From Candidatus Obscuribacteraceae bacterium (lineage in GTDB: Bacteria; Cyanobacteriota; Vampirovibrionia; Obscuribacterales; Obscuribacteraceae): a stretch of DNA of 64,000 nt. The notes beneath the pieces are model-generated. The model was not told the origin of the DNA. It made no database searches and saw only the letters and a list, made by a program, of their open reading frames with translations. The stretch spans positions 256,001 through 320,000 of the forward strand of contig JBGAHS010000006.1 of the NCBI GenBank assembly GCA_044226015.1, written 5' to 3'. Position 1 is the first letter of the stretch, and the number at the start of each line of letters is the position of its first letter. The translations under genes and the position numbers were made by a program. This document shows, piece by piece, positions 37,033 to 47,633 of this stretch.

Positions 37033-37584
37033 ATGAACAAACACTTGACTACATCCATTTCACTAGTTCTTGCAGCCAACATATGTGCTGCGATTCCCGC
37101 TATCGCTGAGTTCGAAGAAAACGATCGAGGCGTTTCAGCAGAATTGAAGATAATGGTTCCTCCAGAAGTTACCTACGCAGCAGCGAAAGCAAGTCGTGAA
37201 GAATCTGACGAAGGCTGCAAAATCATTTCAAGCACCCCAGCTGCTTGCGTAATCGAAGAACTTTTTGACGGTTTGCCAGTCATCGGTAATGCAAAATGCA
37301 CTTATCGAGAAAGCTATGAGCCTCTCAGAATCATATACAAGATGATCAGTTCGGACAAACTCAAAGCATTTGAGGGAGAGTGGACATTCACTCCAGCAGA
37401 TGATGGACAGAGCACGATAGTAAAGCTAAGAAGCTACATCGACACCGGATTAAAGATTCCGTTTGCCCGTAAACTAACCAATATGGGTACGAGTAGTGAA
37501 GTAAAACAGCATCTTGCCGAACTAAAAAAGTCAGCTGAAAATCGTTTCAAACGAATAGCGAAAGTAAGAAACCAGAGTACATGA
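37033..37584 (+). CDS. Secreted SRPBCC/START (polyketide cyclase-like) protein
   Basis: Signal peptide; FEGEWTF strand and C-terminal helix typical of SRPBCC. Confidence 0.7.
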   Translation: MNKHLTTSISLVLAANICAAIPAIAEFEENDRGVSAELKIMVPPEVTYAAAKASREESDEGCKIISSTPAACVIEELFDGLPVIGNAKCTYRESYEPLRIIYKMISSDKLKAFEGEWTFTPADDGQSTIVKLRSYIDTGLKIPFARKLTNMGTSSEVKQHLAELKKSAENRFKRIAKVRNQST

Positions 37585-38207
37585 GCCTGGGCAAGGTCAT
37601 TATAATCAACGGCGGCTCAAGCGCTGGGAAAACGAGCATGGCTCTCGAGTTTCAAGAGATTGAATCTGAGCCATATTTTTTGCTCGGCATCGATATGTTC
37701 TGGTTTTCGATGCCGCAAAAAGAGATCGATCTGGAACGCGTAACACCCCAGTACTACAGGTGGTGCCAGGAAAAGACTGAAGATGGGCTGGAGTATTTTC
37801 GCATTCTTCCAGAGCGCTTATTGAACGAGAGTATGCTTGCCCGATATACGTCAATGACTGCATATTTGGATCGGGGTCTTAATGTGATCGCCGACGAGGT
37901 ACTATGGTCTCAAGAATGGCTGCTGGAGTCACTTCGGGTATTTCATAACTATCAGACATACTATGTAGGCGTTTACTGTAGTGATGAAGAGCTCAGAAGA
38001 CGCGAAATTCAACGTGGCGATCGCTATTTAGGGTGGGCCAGAGGCTCTCAAATATACGCCCATAAAGACGCAATATATGACCTCAAGATTGATAATACAA
38101 CGTTGTCTCCACTGGATTGCGCAAAAATGATCAAGCAATTCGTTGATACAAATCCAAATCCCGAAGCGGCCCGGAAGATGCGAGAAAAATTTTCCAGTTG
38201 CATATAG
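37581..38207 (+). CDS. Chloramphenicol phosphotransferase-like P-loop kinase
   Basis: IINGGSSAGKTS, GLNVIAD, GVYC...RE..RGDR..G.A, YDL.ID. Confidence 0.85.
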   Translation: MSLGKVIIINGGSSAGKTSMALEFQEIESEPYFLLGIDMFWFSMPQKEIDLERVTPQYYRWCQEKTEDGLEYFRILPERLLNESMLARYTSMTAYLDRGLNVIADEVLWSQEWLLESLRVFHNYQTYYVGVYCSDEELRRREIQRGDRYLGWARGSQIYAHKDAIYDLKIDNTTLSPLDCAKMIKQFVDTNPNPEAARKMREKFSSCI

Positions 38208-38244
38208 TTGAATGTCTTTCAGTTTAGTTCTTCACTTACTGATT

Positions 38245-38290
38245 CAGTTCTGTGCTGCAGTTCTGTGCTTCAGTTCTGTGCTTCAATTCT
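38245..38290. repeat. 13-bp tandem repeat (cagttctgtgctt), about 3.5 copies
   Basis: cagttctgtgctg cagttctgtgctt cagttctgtgctt caattct, with degenerate copies back to about 38220. Confidence 0.8.
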
Positions 38291-38390
38291 TAAATTCTTC
38301 AATAAAACTCCTCTCAATAAAAAACTCAGACCGCAACTTTTTTTTGATCAGTGGGTAATTGAATTCGTACCCCCCCGGAGAAAGATAAAA

Positions 38391-39680
38391 ATGAGAAATG
38401 CAATTCTTGCATCAGCACTGTTGACGATTTTAGTCCCGACGTTTCTGGCTGAGTCTGCCGAAGCAAGAGGTTTTAAATACTCTGGAGCAAGAGGCACAGC
38501 ATCAGGCTTAAGCGGAAGTTGGAACGGCAAATCTGCAGGTGCCGGAGTAGGTAGCTTCTCAGGTCGCTACGGCGGGTCAGCAAAGGGCGCCGCTGCAGGC
38601 TTTTCTGGACAGCGCGGCGCCCTGGGAGGCGGTGCATTTTCAGGAAAAACACCCTATGGCGGAACCTACAAAGGCGGGGGCGCAGGATTTGTGACTCCGA
38701 ATGCCGCTGGAGGCGCGGGCGCCTTTGGAGGAACCACAGCAGCAGGCAGCCAGTATGCTGGAAATGGAGCTGGAATTTGGAAACGCGGCGTGGGCGGCGC
38801 CGAAGCAACAAATATGCATGTAAATGGTGCAAATGGATCAAGTTACAGTGGATACACGCGAGGCGCATACAATGCTCAAACAGGTCAGGGAACCTACAAC
38901 AGCGGAAAATCCGTAAACACGGCGCAGGGGCAGCAATACGGCTACAACCAAAATACAGAATTCACGAAGGGTTCAGGAGGCACAACCGACATCAATACAG
39001 CAAACAAGGGTTCCTATGAAGTAGATTGGCAAAAAGGGGAAAAACCAACAGTCACACAGACATCTGGAGGCACCTCTAGCACGGGAAGTGGATCAGGAAG
39101 CAGTGGATCCGGAAGCACAGCAAGCACAACGTATAGTTCATCTCAACCCGCTTCAAGCACGCCTTCCTCCTCGTCATCATCCGCGTACTACGCAGCACCT
39201 CAATCATCAAGCACGTACTATTATTCAAGCCAGCCCACGCAAAGTACACCATATTATCCAACGACCAGTACAGTCCCGGTTCCTGTCGTAGTGCCAGTGC
39301 CAGCTCCGGTGCCAGTCGCGGTTCCAACAACGGTAGCAGTTCCTATGCCAGTGTCACAGCAAGTGCCCTACTACTATCAAAGCCCGACGTCATCGAGTAC
39401 ATCTACTACATCGGAATCAAACACACCATCCGAAAGTATGCCTATGCAAAACCAAACGGTGAGCTCAACAGACACAAACACAAATTCAAATTCAAATACA
39501 AATAGCTCATCTACACAAACTGCCCAGACTCCCCCATCAGGTTCAACTTATGCAGCGGCCCCATACCCGGTAAGCCCCGCACAAATTCAAGCTGCAGCTA
39601 GACTGAGACAGGGATTTAGACAAGCAAAACAGAAGTTTCTTCTGCATCAAGCTACGAATGTACAAGCACAGCCACAATAA
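38391..39680 (+). CDS. Secreted Gly-rich / Ser-Thr-Pro-rich protein
   Basis: Signal peptide ending AEA; Gly-rich N-terminal half, S/T/P-rich C-terminal half. Confidence 0.8.
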   Translation: MRNAILASALLTILVPTFLAESAEARGFKYSGARGTASGLSGSWNGKSAGAGVGSFSGRYGGSAKGAAAGFSGQRGALGGGAFSGKTPYGGTYKGGGAGFVTPNAAGGAGAFGGTTAAGSQYAGNGAGIWKRGVGGAEATNMHVNGANGSSYSGYTRGAYNAQTGQGTYNSGKSVNTAQGQQYGYNQNTEFTKGSGGTTDINTANKGSYEVDWQKGEKPTVTQTSGGTSSTGSGSGSSGSGSTASTTYSSSQPASSTPSSSSSSAYYAAPQSSSTYYYSSQPTQSTPYYPTTSTVPVPVVVPVPAPVPVAVPTTVAVPMPVSQQVPYYYQSPTSSSTSTTSESNTPSESMPMQNQTVSSTDTNTNSNSNTNSSSTQTAQTPPSGSTYAAAPYPVSPAQIQAAARLRQGFRQAKQKFLLHQATNVQAQPQ

Positions 39681-39689
39681 CAAAATTGA

Positions 39690-39953
39690 TCAGACATCAT
39701 CAGCATCGAGCAATCCTATGGAATCAACAAGAAAAAGTAGGATTGCTCGATATCGTTCTGTAGCTTGCTCCGCCTCATCCATTCGACCTAGTTCTTCCAA
39801 CAAGTCTGCGTACTCCATTAAACAAATTCCCAATTCTGAACTATTCTCACCGAACATTTTCTCGGCCAACACCATCGCTTCTTTGAATAGCTCCTCAGAT
39901 TTCTTCTCCTTTGCGTGGAGAAGAACTACTGACCATGATCTTTCTTTGTCCAT
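39690..39953 (-). CDS. Small TPR protein
   Basis: A..LAEKMFG....LG.CL..YA.LL..LGR..EA pattern. Confidence 0.65.
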   Translation of the reverse strand: MDKERSWSVVLLHAKEKKSEELFKEAMVLAEKMFGENSSELGICLMEYADLLEELGRMDEAEQATERYRAILLFLVDSIGLLDADDV

Positions 39954-40177
39954 TGGAACACTCTCTTGCTGACGCAAAACCAGCAGCGAAGGCACAACAG
40001 TGACTCAATATTTTTTCTAATCGATCCCTCTATAACAAATCAATTAGGATTGGCAGCAGATGTCGATTTCGACAAACTGGGCCATCGAGTAGCACTAATA
40101 CACAACATGATCAACCGGACCATTACTTCCAGAATAGTGGAATTAATGACCTTTAGCAATCAACGAATACTAGACAC

Positions 40178-41413
40178 TCAGGATTTTTTCTTCTTCTCTG
40201 GCAATTTCAGTGCATCATCCAATTTCTGCAAAAGTTGAGAATCATCCATAACCCACTTACGCTGATCTTTTCGGGGCTGCTTCGCAAGCAATGCTGTCAC
40301 GACAAATTGTTTTTTCAACACAGAACTGCTGTTACTATTTTGCCTCAATTTAAGGGCCTCAGCAGCAATCTTTTTAGCGTCAGAGTCTTTGTGAGCGGCA
40401 AGCGCTGCTACATAAAGTAGAGATGCATCTTTTGGAAACGTATCGTATACGTCCTTCATCCCGCGACTGCGCATCGCATCCATTACCTTTTGCGAAAGTG
40501 CATCCATTTCTTTCAACTTAGTCATCGGGTTAGGATAGAGGTAAAGCAAATCACTCCATCTGTCAGCGTTCACCAGGGTGCGCTCTAAAAGAACACTTGC
40601 CTCTTTAAGCTTTGCAATTTCATCCGGCTTAGCTTTGATGCTATCAAACCAAACTAGAGTACTTCTCTGATCACGCAAAATATCATTCAGAGCCACGAAA
40701 TCGAAATATTTACCTTCCGCCAGAGCACTAGTCCTCAACGCTTCAAACTTCTCTTTTGCCGGAGCATAGGACCTGGATAGGCTTGTCATTTCATGAGCTA
40801 GAGAGCCTACTCGTTCAGTTTGAGCAGCAGGCATAGCGGTCGCTATGTTTTGCCAAAGCCAAACGTAATTTTCTAGCGCACCATCCTTACCATCTGGAAG
40901 GTTTGCCAGGGAATGTGCCAGCTTGAAGCGCGCCTTGACCTCCTCTTCACCGCCTTTTCCAGCAAAGCGCTCAACTTTATGTTTGAGAAGATCTATAGCT
41001 TTGTCACCCTTCTTGATTCCTTCGAACCACTCCATAATTTCGGTGGAGTTGAGATAGCCAACCTGTCGGTCAAATTCCTTTTCCATTTCTGGAGGAGTAA
41101 ACGCGACAACAGAAGGCATCGCAAGAATATGAAAAGCTGATGACTCTTGGGTGTTTTTATCAACATCAAGTTGAATTGCAACTGCGTTTTCATCAACCCA
41201 TTTTTTCACGCTTGCATTGTTCCATGTGTCCGCTTCCATTCTGTGGCAGGGTCCACACCAAGATGCCATAAAATCGATCAGAAGAACTTTGTTCTGCGCT
41301 TTAGCGGCAGCTTTTGCGTCAGCTAACGAAAGACCCTTAAATACATCAGAAGCAGCGAAACAAGATTGAAACGCTGAAAGCGCCAACGTAAAAGACAACA
41401 ATGTTTTTTTCAT
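40178..41413 (-). CDS. Secreted thioredoxin-family protein with helical C-terminus
   Basis: Signal peptide; DFMASWCGPC; MP cis-Pro loop. Confidence 0.85.
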   Translation of the reverse strand: MKKTLLSFTLALSAFQSCFAASDVFKGLSLADAKAAAKAQNKVLLIDFMASWCGPCHRMEADTWNNASVKKWVDENAVAIQLDVDKNTQESSAFHILAMPSVVAFTPPEMEKEFDRQVGYLNSTEIMEWFEGIKKGDKAIDLLKHKVERFAGKGGEEEVKARFKLAHSLANLPDGKDGALENYVWLWQNIATAMPAAQTERVGSLAHEMTSLSRSYAPAKEKFEALRTSALAEGKYFDFVALNDILRDQRSTLVWFDSIKAKPDEIAKLKEASVLLERTLVNADRWSDLLYLYPNPMTKLKEMDALSQKVMDAMRSRGMKDVYDTFPKDASLLYVAALAAHKDSDAKKIAAEALKLRQNSNSSSVLKKQFVVTALLAKQPRKDQRKWVMDDSQLLQKLDDALKLPEKKKKS

Positions 41414-41889
41414 TACCAATTCACTTTCGGAAGGATTATTCTGGCCAGTTCTTCTTGTTTTAAAGGATCAGGCTGTTGAAATGTGCCAGCAGAAATAGTC
41501 AACCAATTACAGCCTTTCAATACGTTGAGTTGAGCAGGACGTCTAGTTCTAAAGGCACTATATCCAAGACCAGGCACATCCTCACCCTGAAAAGCCTGTT
41601 TACTCGACTGGAAATTAGTTTGTGCTTCAGCCGGACTTCCAACATGACGAATTAGTAGCGCTATCGAAGGTCCATCTGAATAGTAATTCGAACGACTCGT
41701 CCAGTTAGGACCGCTTTCAGTGTCACCCTGATTTCCAGAACTTGCCTTAACAGGAACACCTAAAATCTTCTGAGCGATTTCGGGAGTCAGAAGATCAGCT
41801 GCTTTGCTGCGCCCCTCTTGAGCAAAACTTGCCTGCTGAGCCAGCAAACTCAAGAATGTCCCAAGGATTATCGCAGCAGTCTTTCTCAT
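41413..41889 (-). CDS. Secreted hypothetical protein
   Basis: MRKTAA signal peptide; stop overlaps the start of the thioredoxin gene. Confidence 0.7.
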   Translation of the reverse strand: MRKTAAIILGTFLSLLAQQASFAQEGRSKAADLLTPEIAQKILGVPVKASSGNQGDTESGPNWTSRSNYYSDGPSIALLIRHVGSPAEAQTNFQSSKQAFQGEDVPGLGYSAFRTRRPAQLNVLKGCNWLTISAGTFQQPDPLKQEELARIILPKVNW

Positions 41890-41974
41890 TTTGAATCTCC
41901 GGCAATGCACTAATGATATTCCTAAGGAAAGCCTGGTGCAAACCACAAGTAATTCTATCATTGAACCGAGATAT

Positions 41975-44584
41975 CTATTGCACGCCTTCTGGAGAGAGAA
42001 TAGCCATGTGGCAAGGCAGTTTTTCGGCCAAAATGCGCACGGTGTTACCCAGGTACAATCTTCGTGTTGGGCGAACGCGAGCAGCCAGGACAACCAGGTC
42101 AACATTCTGCTCTTTAACTACCCTTAGAATTTCATTTGCTGGGTCGGAAGCAACACTCACTATCGCGTCAGACTCAACACCAAAAGCATCTGCAAGAGCT
42201 GTAACTTGTTCAACAATTTCTCTTGCCGCAGCTTTACTTTCAGCAACGTCTTCCAACAAAGACTTATAGGAAATGTTCTTCTGTTCTTCGACACAAAGAG
42301 CGATAACCGTTGCACCGAAACTCTTAGCCAGTAAGACACCAAGTTCAGCTGCCTGACTATTTTGCGAGCGCCCCGTGGTTGGCAGCAAAATTCGTTTCAC
42401 GTCCCAATTGTCTTTCTTGCTAGACTCTCTAACTATCAACAAAGGGCAGGGGGCAGCTTGCGCGACTTCATCTATTGTAGGACCGAAAACAGAGTTCTCA
42501 GTTGGCATTCTTGTCGATTCCAAAACTATCAAATCATAATTCAATTTCGCTTCACTGGCGATTTCCTTGCTAGGGCTGTCTGATTGAATGGCACGATTTA
42601 TTAGTGTGACATTACCTTCCTTAGACCTTTCTAGAAGAGTTTTCGAAAGAAATTCCTCTTCTTTCATAGATGTTCCGTGAACTGCAAAAGCAGTGGCTTC
42701 AATCGCATGATGCTTACCTAAAGCTGATATTAGCCTGCCTGTCATATTCCTTTTGCTTTGTGCCTTAACTGGCAGTAGCAATCGATGAATGCGGTTTACA
42801 AAACTGTGAGCCTGTTTCTCTTCGCGTCCTAACCTATCGATTTCTTCTGCGCTTGTTTTAGTTTTCCCAAGGGAATACTTGAGCAAAAACGGCGCCATTC
42901 CTGTGCTTACAAGCGACATCAACACTATTACTGTGAACAAGTCGACTGTGAGAATTCCCAGAGAGAATCCGAGGATACCAACGATTAGTCCCATAGAACC
43001 ACGAGCATTAGTACCAAATCCGATACTAAGAGATTCCCACATATCCATCTTTAAACTCAACCCGCCAAGGTATGCTCCTAGAATTTTCGAGAAGCATGCC
43101 ACCACTGTTACTGCAACAGCAATAAGCAAAAGCTTAGGGTCACGCAAGAGCGTGAGATTAACATGCAAGCCAGCAGCAGCAAAAAACACAGGTGCGAAAA
43201 TACCCATCGTAACGGCTTCTAGAGGATGCAAAACCCTTTGTCCGACCAGCGGCGATTGAGCCAGCAAAACACCAATTGCAAAAGCTCCAAGAATTACGTG
43301 GACACCAATAAATTGAGTAATGGCTGAACTCAGAAGCAAACAGACTATAACAAGACTTATGGAAGCATAGTCAACGTGAGAACGATCTTGCGCCCAGCGA
43401 AAGAGATTAAAGATTAGTTTCTTACCAATCGTAGCGCCGAAAAGAGCAAAGGCTAACATGCCCAACGGCAACTTAAGCAATGCCATCGGACTGCCTCCGT
43501 GCGAGCCTCCTGCAATGGCCGCCACTACGGCAAGCAAAATGCAACCACCAAGATCTTGCACTAGCGCAGAGGCAAGAATTGCTTGTCCGATGTTTCTGCG
43601 CAAAAGCTTCATATCCATAAGAATTTTTGCGATTACGGTAATGGATGAAACTGAGAACACGGTTCCAATAAATGCACCCAGAACAAGGCGCTGATCGGGA
43701 AGAACAAGCATATCGACAGGCAAAGCAAAGGCAACTGCAAACCCACATAGAAGGGGCAGGACAATAGCCCCAACTGACGTAGCTATGGCAACCTTTCCCT
43801 GGGCTTTAATCAAACCGAGGTCTGTTTCAGTTCCTGTTAGCATCAACAAGAAAATGACACCAAGCCAGGAAACAATATCAATTAGATATTGCTGAGTAGA
43901 CTCGACGGGAAAGACAGATTCATATTGAGTCGGAAAAACTGCCCCAAAAACAGATGGTCCTAGAATGATGCCTGCTAGAAGCTGCCCAATTACAGCAGGC
44001 TGACCCAGCCTTGCCAGAATTTCTCCGCAAATAAGCGCTGAAGAAAGAAGAATTGAGACTTGAATCAAGAAAAGCATGATCTTCTCATCAGCAAGAGGTT
44101 TGCTCATGCTGTCGTTTTTGTTCGCAGAGCTTCCCTCTGTCTTTGTTGTTTTCTTATGAGATTGATATAGGGGTTTTAGTTGCGTAATGCGAGTGCGTAA
44201 AATCGCGGCCCATGCAGAAGCAAGTTCGTTTTGTGGGCGTCCAAAGATTTGAACATCCTTCTGTCCAAGTGAAACAATGACGTCGTCATCCAGCGCCACA
44301 GCTTGATTACCACCTGGCAAAGTCAAAACATCAATACGACTGGGGTCAGAAGCAGGGTCAAGTAGAATTTTCATAATACGCCGATTGATATCAGTCGCGC
44401 GCTCGGCTGCCGTTTCAGCATCAGAATCAGTGACCATGAAGGCATCTGACTTGCCGATTTTTACTTCTGCAAACTCATAAGAAGTCACAGCATTTGCCTG
44501 CGGCAAGCCCAAGCCAGAAAGAGGCGCGCCGAGAAGCAAAGCGATCAATACAACACCAATAATGTATTTAATTCGAGCAACCAC
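41975..44584 (-). CDS. Cation:proton antiporter (CPA2) with N-terminal exported domain and two C-terminal USP domains
   Basis: LGQPAVIG.LLAGI.LGPS, SITVIAKIL, LGAF..G, FFAAAG, NARG; USP-like RILLP..G domains. Confidence 0.9.
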   Translation of the reverse strand: MVARIKYIIGVVLIALLLGAPLSGLGLPQANAVTSYEFAEVKIGKSDAFMVTDSDAETAAERATDINRRIMKILLDPASDPSRIDVLTLPGGNQAVALDDDVIVSLGQKDVQIFGRPQNELASAWAAILRTRITQLKPLYQSHKKTTKTEGSSANKNDSMSKPLADEKIMLFLIQVSILLSSALICGEILARLGQPAVIGQLLAGIILGPSVFGAVFPTQYESVFPVESTQQYLIDIVSWLGVIFLLMLTGTETDLGLIKAQGKVAIATSVGAIVLPLLCGFAVAFALPVDMLVLPDQRLVLGAFIGTVFSVSSITVIAKILMDMKLLRRNIGQAILASALVQDLGGCILLAVVAAIAGGSHGGSPMALLKLPLGMLAFALFGATIGKKLIFNLFRWAQDRSHVDYASISLVIVCLLLSSAITQFIGVHVILGAFAIGVLLAQSPLVGQRVLHPLEAVTMGIFAPVFFAAAGLHVNLTLLRDPKLLLIAVAVTVVACFSKILGAYLGGLSLKMDMWESLSIGFGTNARGSMGLIVGILGFSLGILTVDLFTVIVLMSLVSTGMAPFLLKYSLGKTKTSAEEIDRLGREEKQAHSFVNRIHRLLLPVKAQSKRNMTGRLISALGKHHAIEATAFAVHGTSMKEEEFLSKTLLERSKEGNVTLINRAIQSDSPSKEIASEAKLNYDLIVLESTRMPTENSVFGPTIDEVAQAAPCPLLIVRESSKKDNWDVKRILLPTTGRSQNSQAAELGVLLAKSFGATVIALCVEEQKNISYKSLLEDVAESKAAAREIVEQVTALADAFGVESDAIVSVASDPANEILRVVKEQNVDLVVLAARVRPTRRLYLGNTVRILAEKLPCHMAILSPEGVQ

Positions 44585-44655
44585 AAAATCTACCTTGCAA
44601 ACGATGTAAATACATTACATCAACTTGCTCTCTTCTGTATCAGCTCGATTCAGTT

Positions 44656-47160
44656 TTATTCAAACCACGATTTTATCCATCGACCTGCACGAGATGCGTT
44701 GTTGCCAACAAATTTAGCTCCTTTTACGACTCCGTCCTTCGCCGCAAGAGCCGTATCTACCGCAAGATCTTTTGTCGCTAGAGCTGTATCAACAGCAAAA
44801 TCTTTCGCCACAATTGCGGCCTGCACTGTTACGTCCTTCACCTTGACTGCTGTATCAATAACGGCATCTTTGACATCAAGTGCAAACGCACCAGCTTCGG
44901 TGGCAACCGAAATAACTCCAAATCCGGCTCCTGTGAGCCCGCCATTTTCAGTACCTTGCCAGGCAGCCATCGAGCCTATTCGCATAAGCTCTTGCGTGCT
45001 CATTGCAAGTTGATTATTCTTGTCAAAACGCAATGCTAGAGGCATAGTCTTCTGTGCAATTGGGTTTTCCACAATACCGAACATGTACCAGTTGCCTTTT
45101 GAATCGTGAGCAGGTTTCATGTCAGCACCAAGTATGACACCAGCTTTCTTCAATAAATGATCTGTCTCAACGAGAACCTGTCGCTGTCCTGACTTATCAG
45201 AAGAGCTTACGGTAAGCGACTTCAGATGCGCCGAAACTTCCTTGCCAGGGTCAATTCCGAGATCCTTAACTATGCCGGGTAGCTGCACCGGCACACGAAC
45301 GCTGATACCTTCTATTTTCGAAAGACTGATACCATTTGCACCCTCTCGAGCGAGCTTCATCTTGATATTCTTGCCGGCGTCTAGAGCAATTCCACCAAAA
45401 TCATGCTGGGTCGCTCCATCTCTGGAAATCTGCAAAGCATCTCCCTGCTTAGAAATTGAACGTACATTTTTGACCATGTCTTTGACAGGTCCATCCACGG
45501 TTGTACCTGTCATTTGTTCGAGCAATTTCACATATTGACCGTCACCACCATTTACGGTGACTTTGAAGTCAGGTCCTGTTTCAGCCGTTTTATCATTTTT
45601 TGTGGGATTAAAAGTAAGCGACAGGTTCACTATCAGGTCTTTTTGCGCCACTGCGATGTCTAGAGTAAGCTGCCCGTTTACATCCACTATTGGCTTGAGA
45701 TTTTTGTCAACTTTTAGTTTTACCGTATCCAGAATAGAATCGGACTTGACCCTTAAAATCCGATTTCCATCTTTGTCGGCCTCACCCAACTCAATTTCCT
45801 TCAAATTTGCTTTGCAGGGTGACTGCATACCTAGCGATTTTGCGATTTCCTCCGGCACGGGCAGATTCAATGCAACGCCTTCAATCTGGCTGATCTTAAG
45901 AGCATTGCCATTTGCATCAAGCTTGCCTTTTACGGTTTCTGCAAGTTCGAGAGGAAGCCCTCCCAGATCGTGAGTGCTCACTTTGTCTCGCTTAACTTCG
46001 ATCACATCGTTTACTTTGCTTATCGATTTAATGCCATCAAGAGAGCCGTCGAGCGCAGTTTTCAAATCAACGCCAGCAATAGTTGCCGCGAGATCAGCAG
46101 GGTTAGTTTTTGGGTCTTTCACCCAATCGCGCATTTTATCTACAGCACGATTTACAATTTTGTCGGAATCAGAGGCGTCAAGTGAAATCCGCGATGTCGA
46201 CACATCAGGCATGAAAGATGCCCCCGCCTTTTTAAGAAAGGCGAACTTGTCTTTAGGGTCTGCTGGTGCAGCTACTGGTCTTGGAATATCGATGCGGAGA
46301 GAAGACTTGCCACTGTCATCATTCTCGATAGTGAAGCTGACTTCTTTGATATCGCCACCGATACCAAGCTTTTCCACAGCTATACCGTTTATGTTTTTCA
46401 AATGAATACATTTCGGATTTTTACTGTCAGGCACAACCTCAAAGCTCGGGTTGTTTACCTTTAAGTTGATAGACATCTTTCCTGACGGCCCATCAATTTG
46501 AATTGGTGTCTCAGTTTTACCTTCGAGACTGACCTTGCTGCCATCAACAGTACCAGATTTGATGCTACCCAAGAGTTTTCTGAAAGTTGCCTCAAGCGCG
46601 GCTCCGGGTATTGATTCAACAACCTTGCTAAAGTCACTTGACTCAATTCTCAATTGACCGGGCTTACTGCTAATGGAAAGGTCTTTCGGTAATGAACCTA
46701 TGGTTAAGAGTGCGCGATCGAGAGTTGTTCCCTTCTCGTGCTTATCTGCATACTCATCAGCTCGTTTCGTTTCACTTTCAACATATTGCTTAAGAGCTTT
46801 ATTTGCTTCGTCTTTTTTATCGTGACTGGTGTTGTCATTTTTCTCGGTTACACTGTCAGCGAAGGCTGCAGAAACTTTTATCGTACTACCTGCAGCTAGC
46901 ACGGTTGCCTGTATTTCAGGATTTTCAAACTTTTTTCGCTCTGTAGAAGCCTGCAAATTGCCTTCGGCGTGAAAAGAAACGGTTTGAGACTTTTCGCCTA
47001 CAGCCGATATCTCTAGTTGAGGCAAGCAAGGAATACTACTATCTCGGCTTGAAGCGGCAATCCGCTTAATCAATCCGAGCGCTTCCGTATTTCCTTCCCC
47101 AGATAACTTTTCAAAATTTTCTGAGTTTCTCTCAGAATTACTGCGCACGTCAAATTCCAT
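44656..47160 (-). CDS. Large hypothetical protein with a duplicated beta-rich domain and C-terminal 11-mer repeats
   Basis: 834-aa ORF; internal repeats visible by eye. Confidence 0.75.
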   Translation of the reverse strand: MEFDVRSNSERNSENFEKLSGEGNTEALGLIKRIAASSRDSSIPCLPQLEISAVGEKSQTVSFHAEGNLQASTERKKFENPEIQATVLAAGSTIKVSAAFADSVTEKNDNTSHDKKDEANKALKQYVESETKRADEYADKHEKGTTLDRALLTIGSLPKDLSISSKPGQLRIESSDFSKVVESIPGAALEATFRKLLGSIKSGTVDGSKVSLEGKTETPIQIDGPSGKMSINLKVNNPSFEVVPDSKNPKCIHLKNINGIAVEKLGIGGDIKEVSFTIENDDSGKSSLRIDIPRPVAAPADPKDKFAFLKKAGASFMPDVSTSRISLDASDSDKIVNRAVDKMRDWVKDPKTNPADLAATIAGVDLKTALDGSLDGIKSISKVNDVIEVKRDKVSTHDLGGLPLELAETVKGKLDANGNALKISQIEGVALNLPVPEEIAKSLGMQSPCKANLKEIELGEADKDGNRILRVKSDSILDTVKLKVDKNLKPIVDVNGQLTLDIAVAQKDLIVNLSLTFNPTKNDKTAETGPDFKVTVNGGDGQYVKLLEQMTGTTVDGPVKDMVKNVRSISKQGDALQISRDGATQHDFGGIALDAGKNIKMKLAREGANGISLSKIEGISVRVPVQLPGIVKDLGIDPGKEVSAHLKSLTVSSSDKSGQRQVLVETDHLLKKAGVILGADMKPAHDSKGNWYMFGIVENPIAQKTMPLALRFDKNNQLAMSTQELMRIGSMAAWQGTENGGLTGAGFGVISVATEAGAFALDVKDAVIDTAVKVKDVTVQAAIVAKDFAVDTALATKDLAVDTALAAKDGVVKGAKFVGNNASRAGRWIKSWFE

Positions 47161-47633
47161 TAGAATCACCAACTAAAAAGTGAGTTAGCGAGCCCTGGAA
47201 CCAACCGGACAATCAATGCCCTTTCCCAGACTTAATATATCCTCTCTAGATGACTTTTGGACAACATAAGAAAAATACTTGGGTATTACTTCGATTCTGC
47301 TGTTCGGCTTTGTCTCTCCCTGATATTGGGTTTCATCCACGCCGAAATTCAAAGAAAACGAATCAATAGTTTCGTAGTCGGTCTGGTAAATCCTGCGCTA
47401 GCCCCAACTTCCCTGTGATTCCCTCTAGATTCCGGTACAATCCTGAATGCGTTTAATGTGGCACCATTGGTGGTGTCTGAATCTCGACCGTGCTTTTTTT
47501 TTTGTAATTGCAGCTATCAAACAAAATTCCAGAGAGGAAATCAGCAAAGAAGGCAAAAATCTTTGTAAGGGTCGATGCTTGTTAAAGCAAAAAGGATGCT
47601 GTACCATACACAAGTACGTATCCGAAGTTTGAA

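Noticed and set aside
38208..38390. N-terminal extension of the Gly-rich ORF given in the track
   Set aside because: It runs through the 13-bp DNA repeat; the signal peptide starts at ATG 38391.
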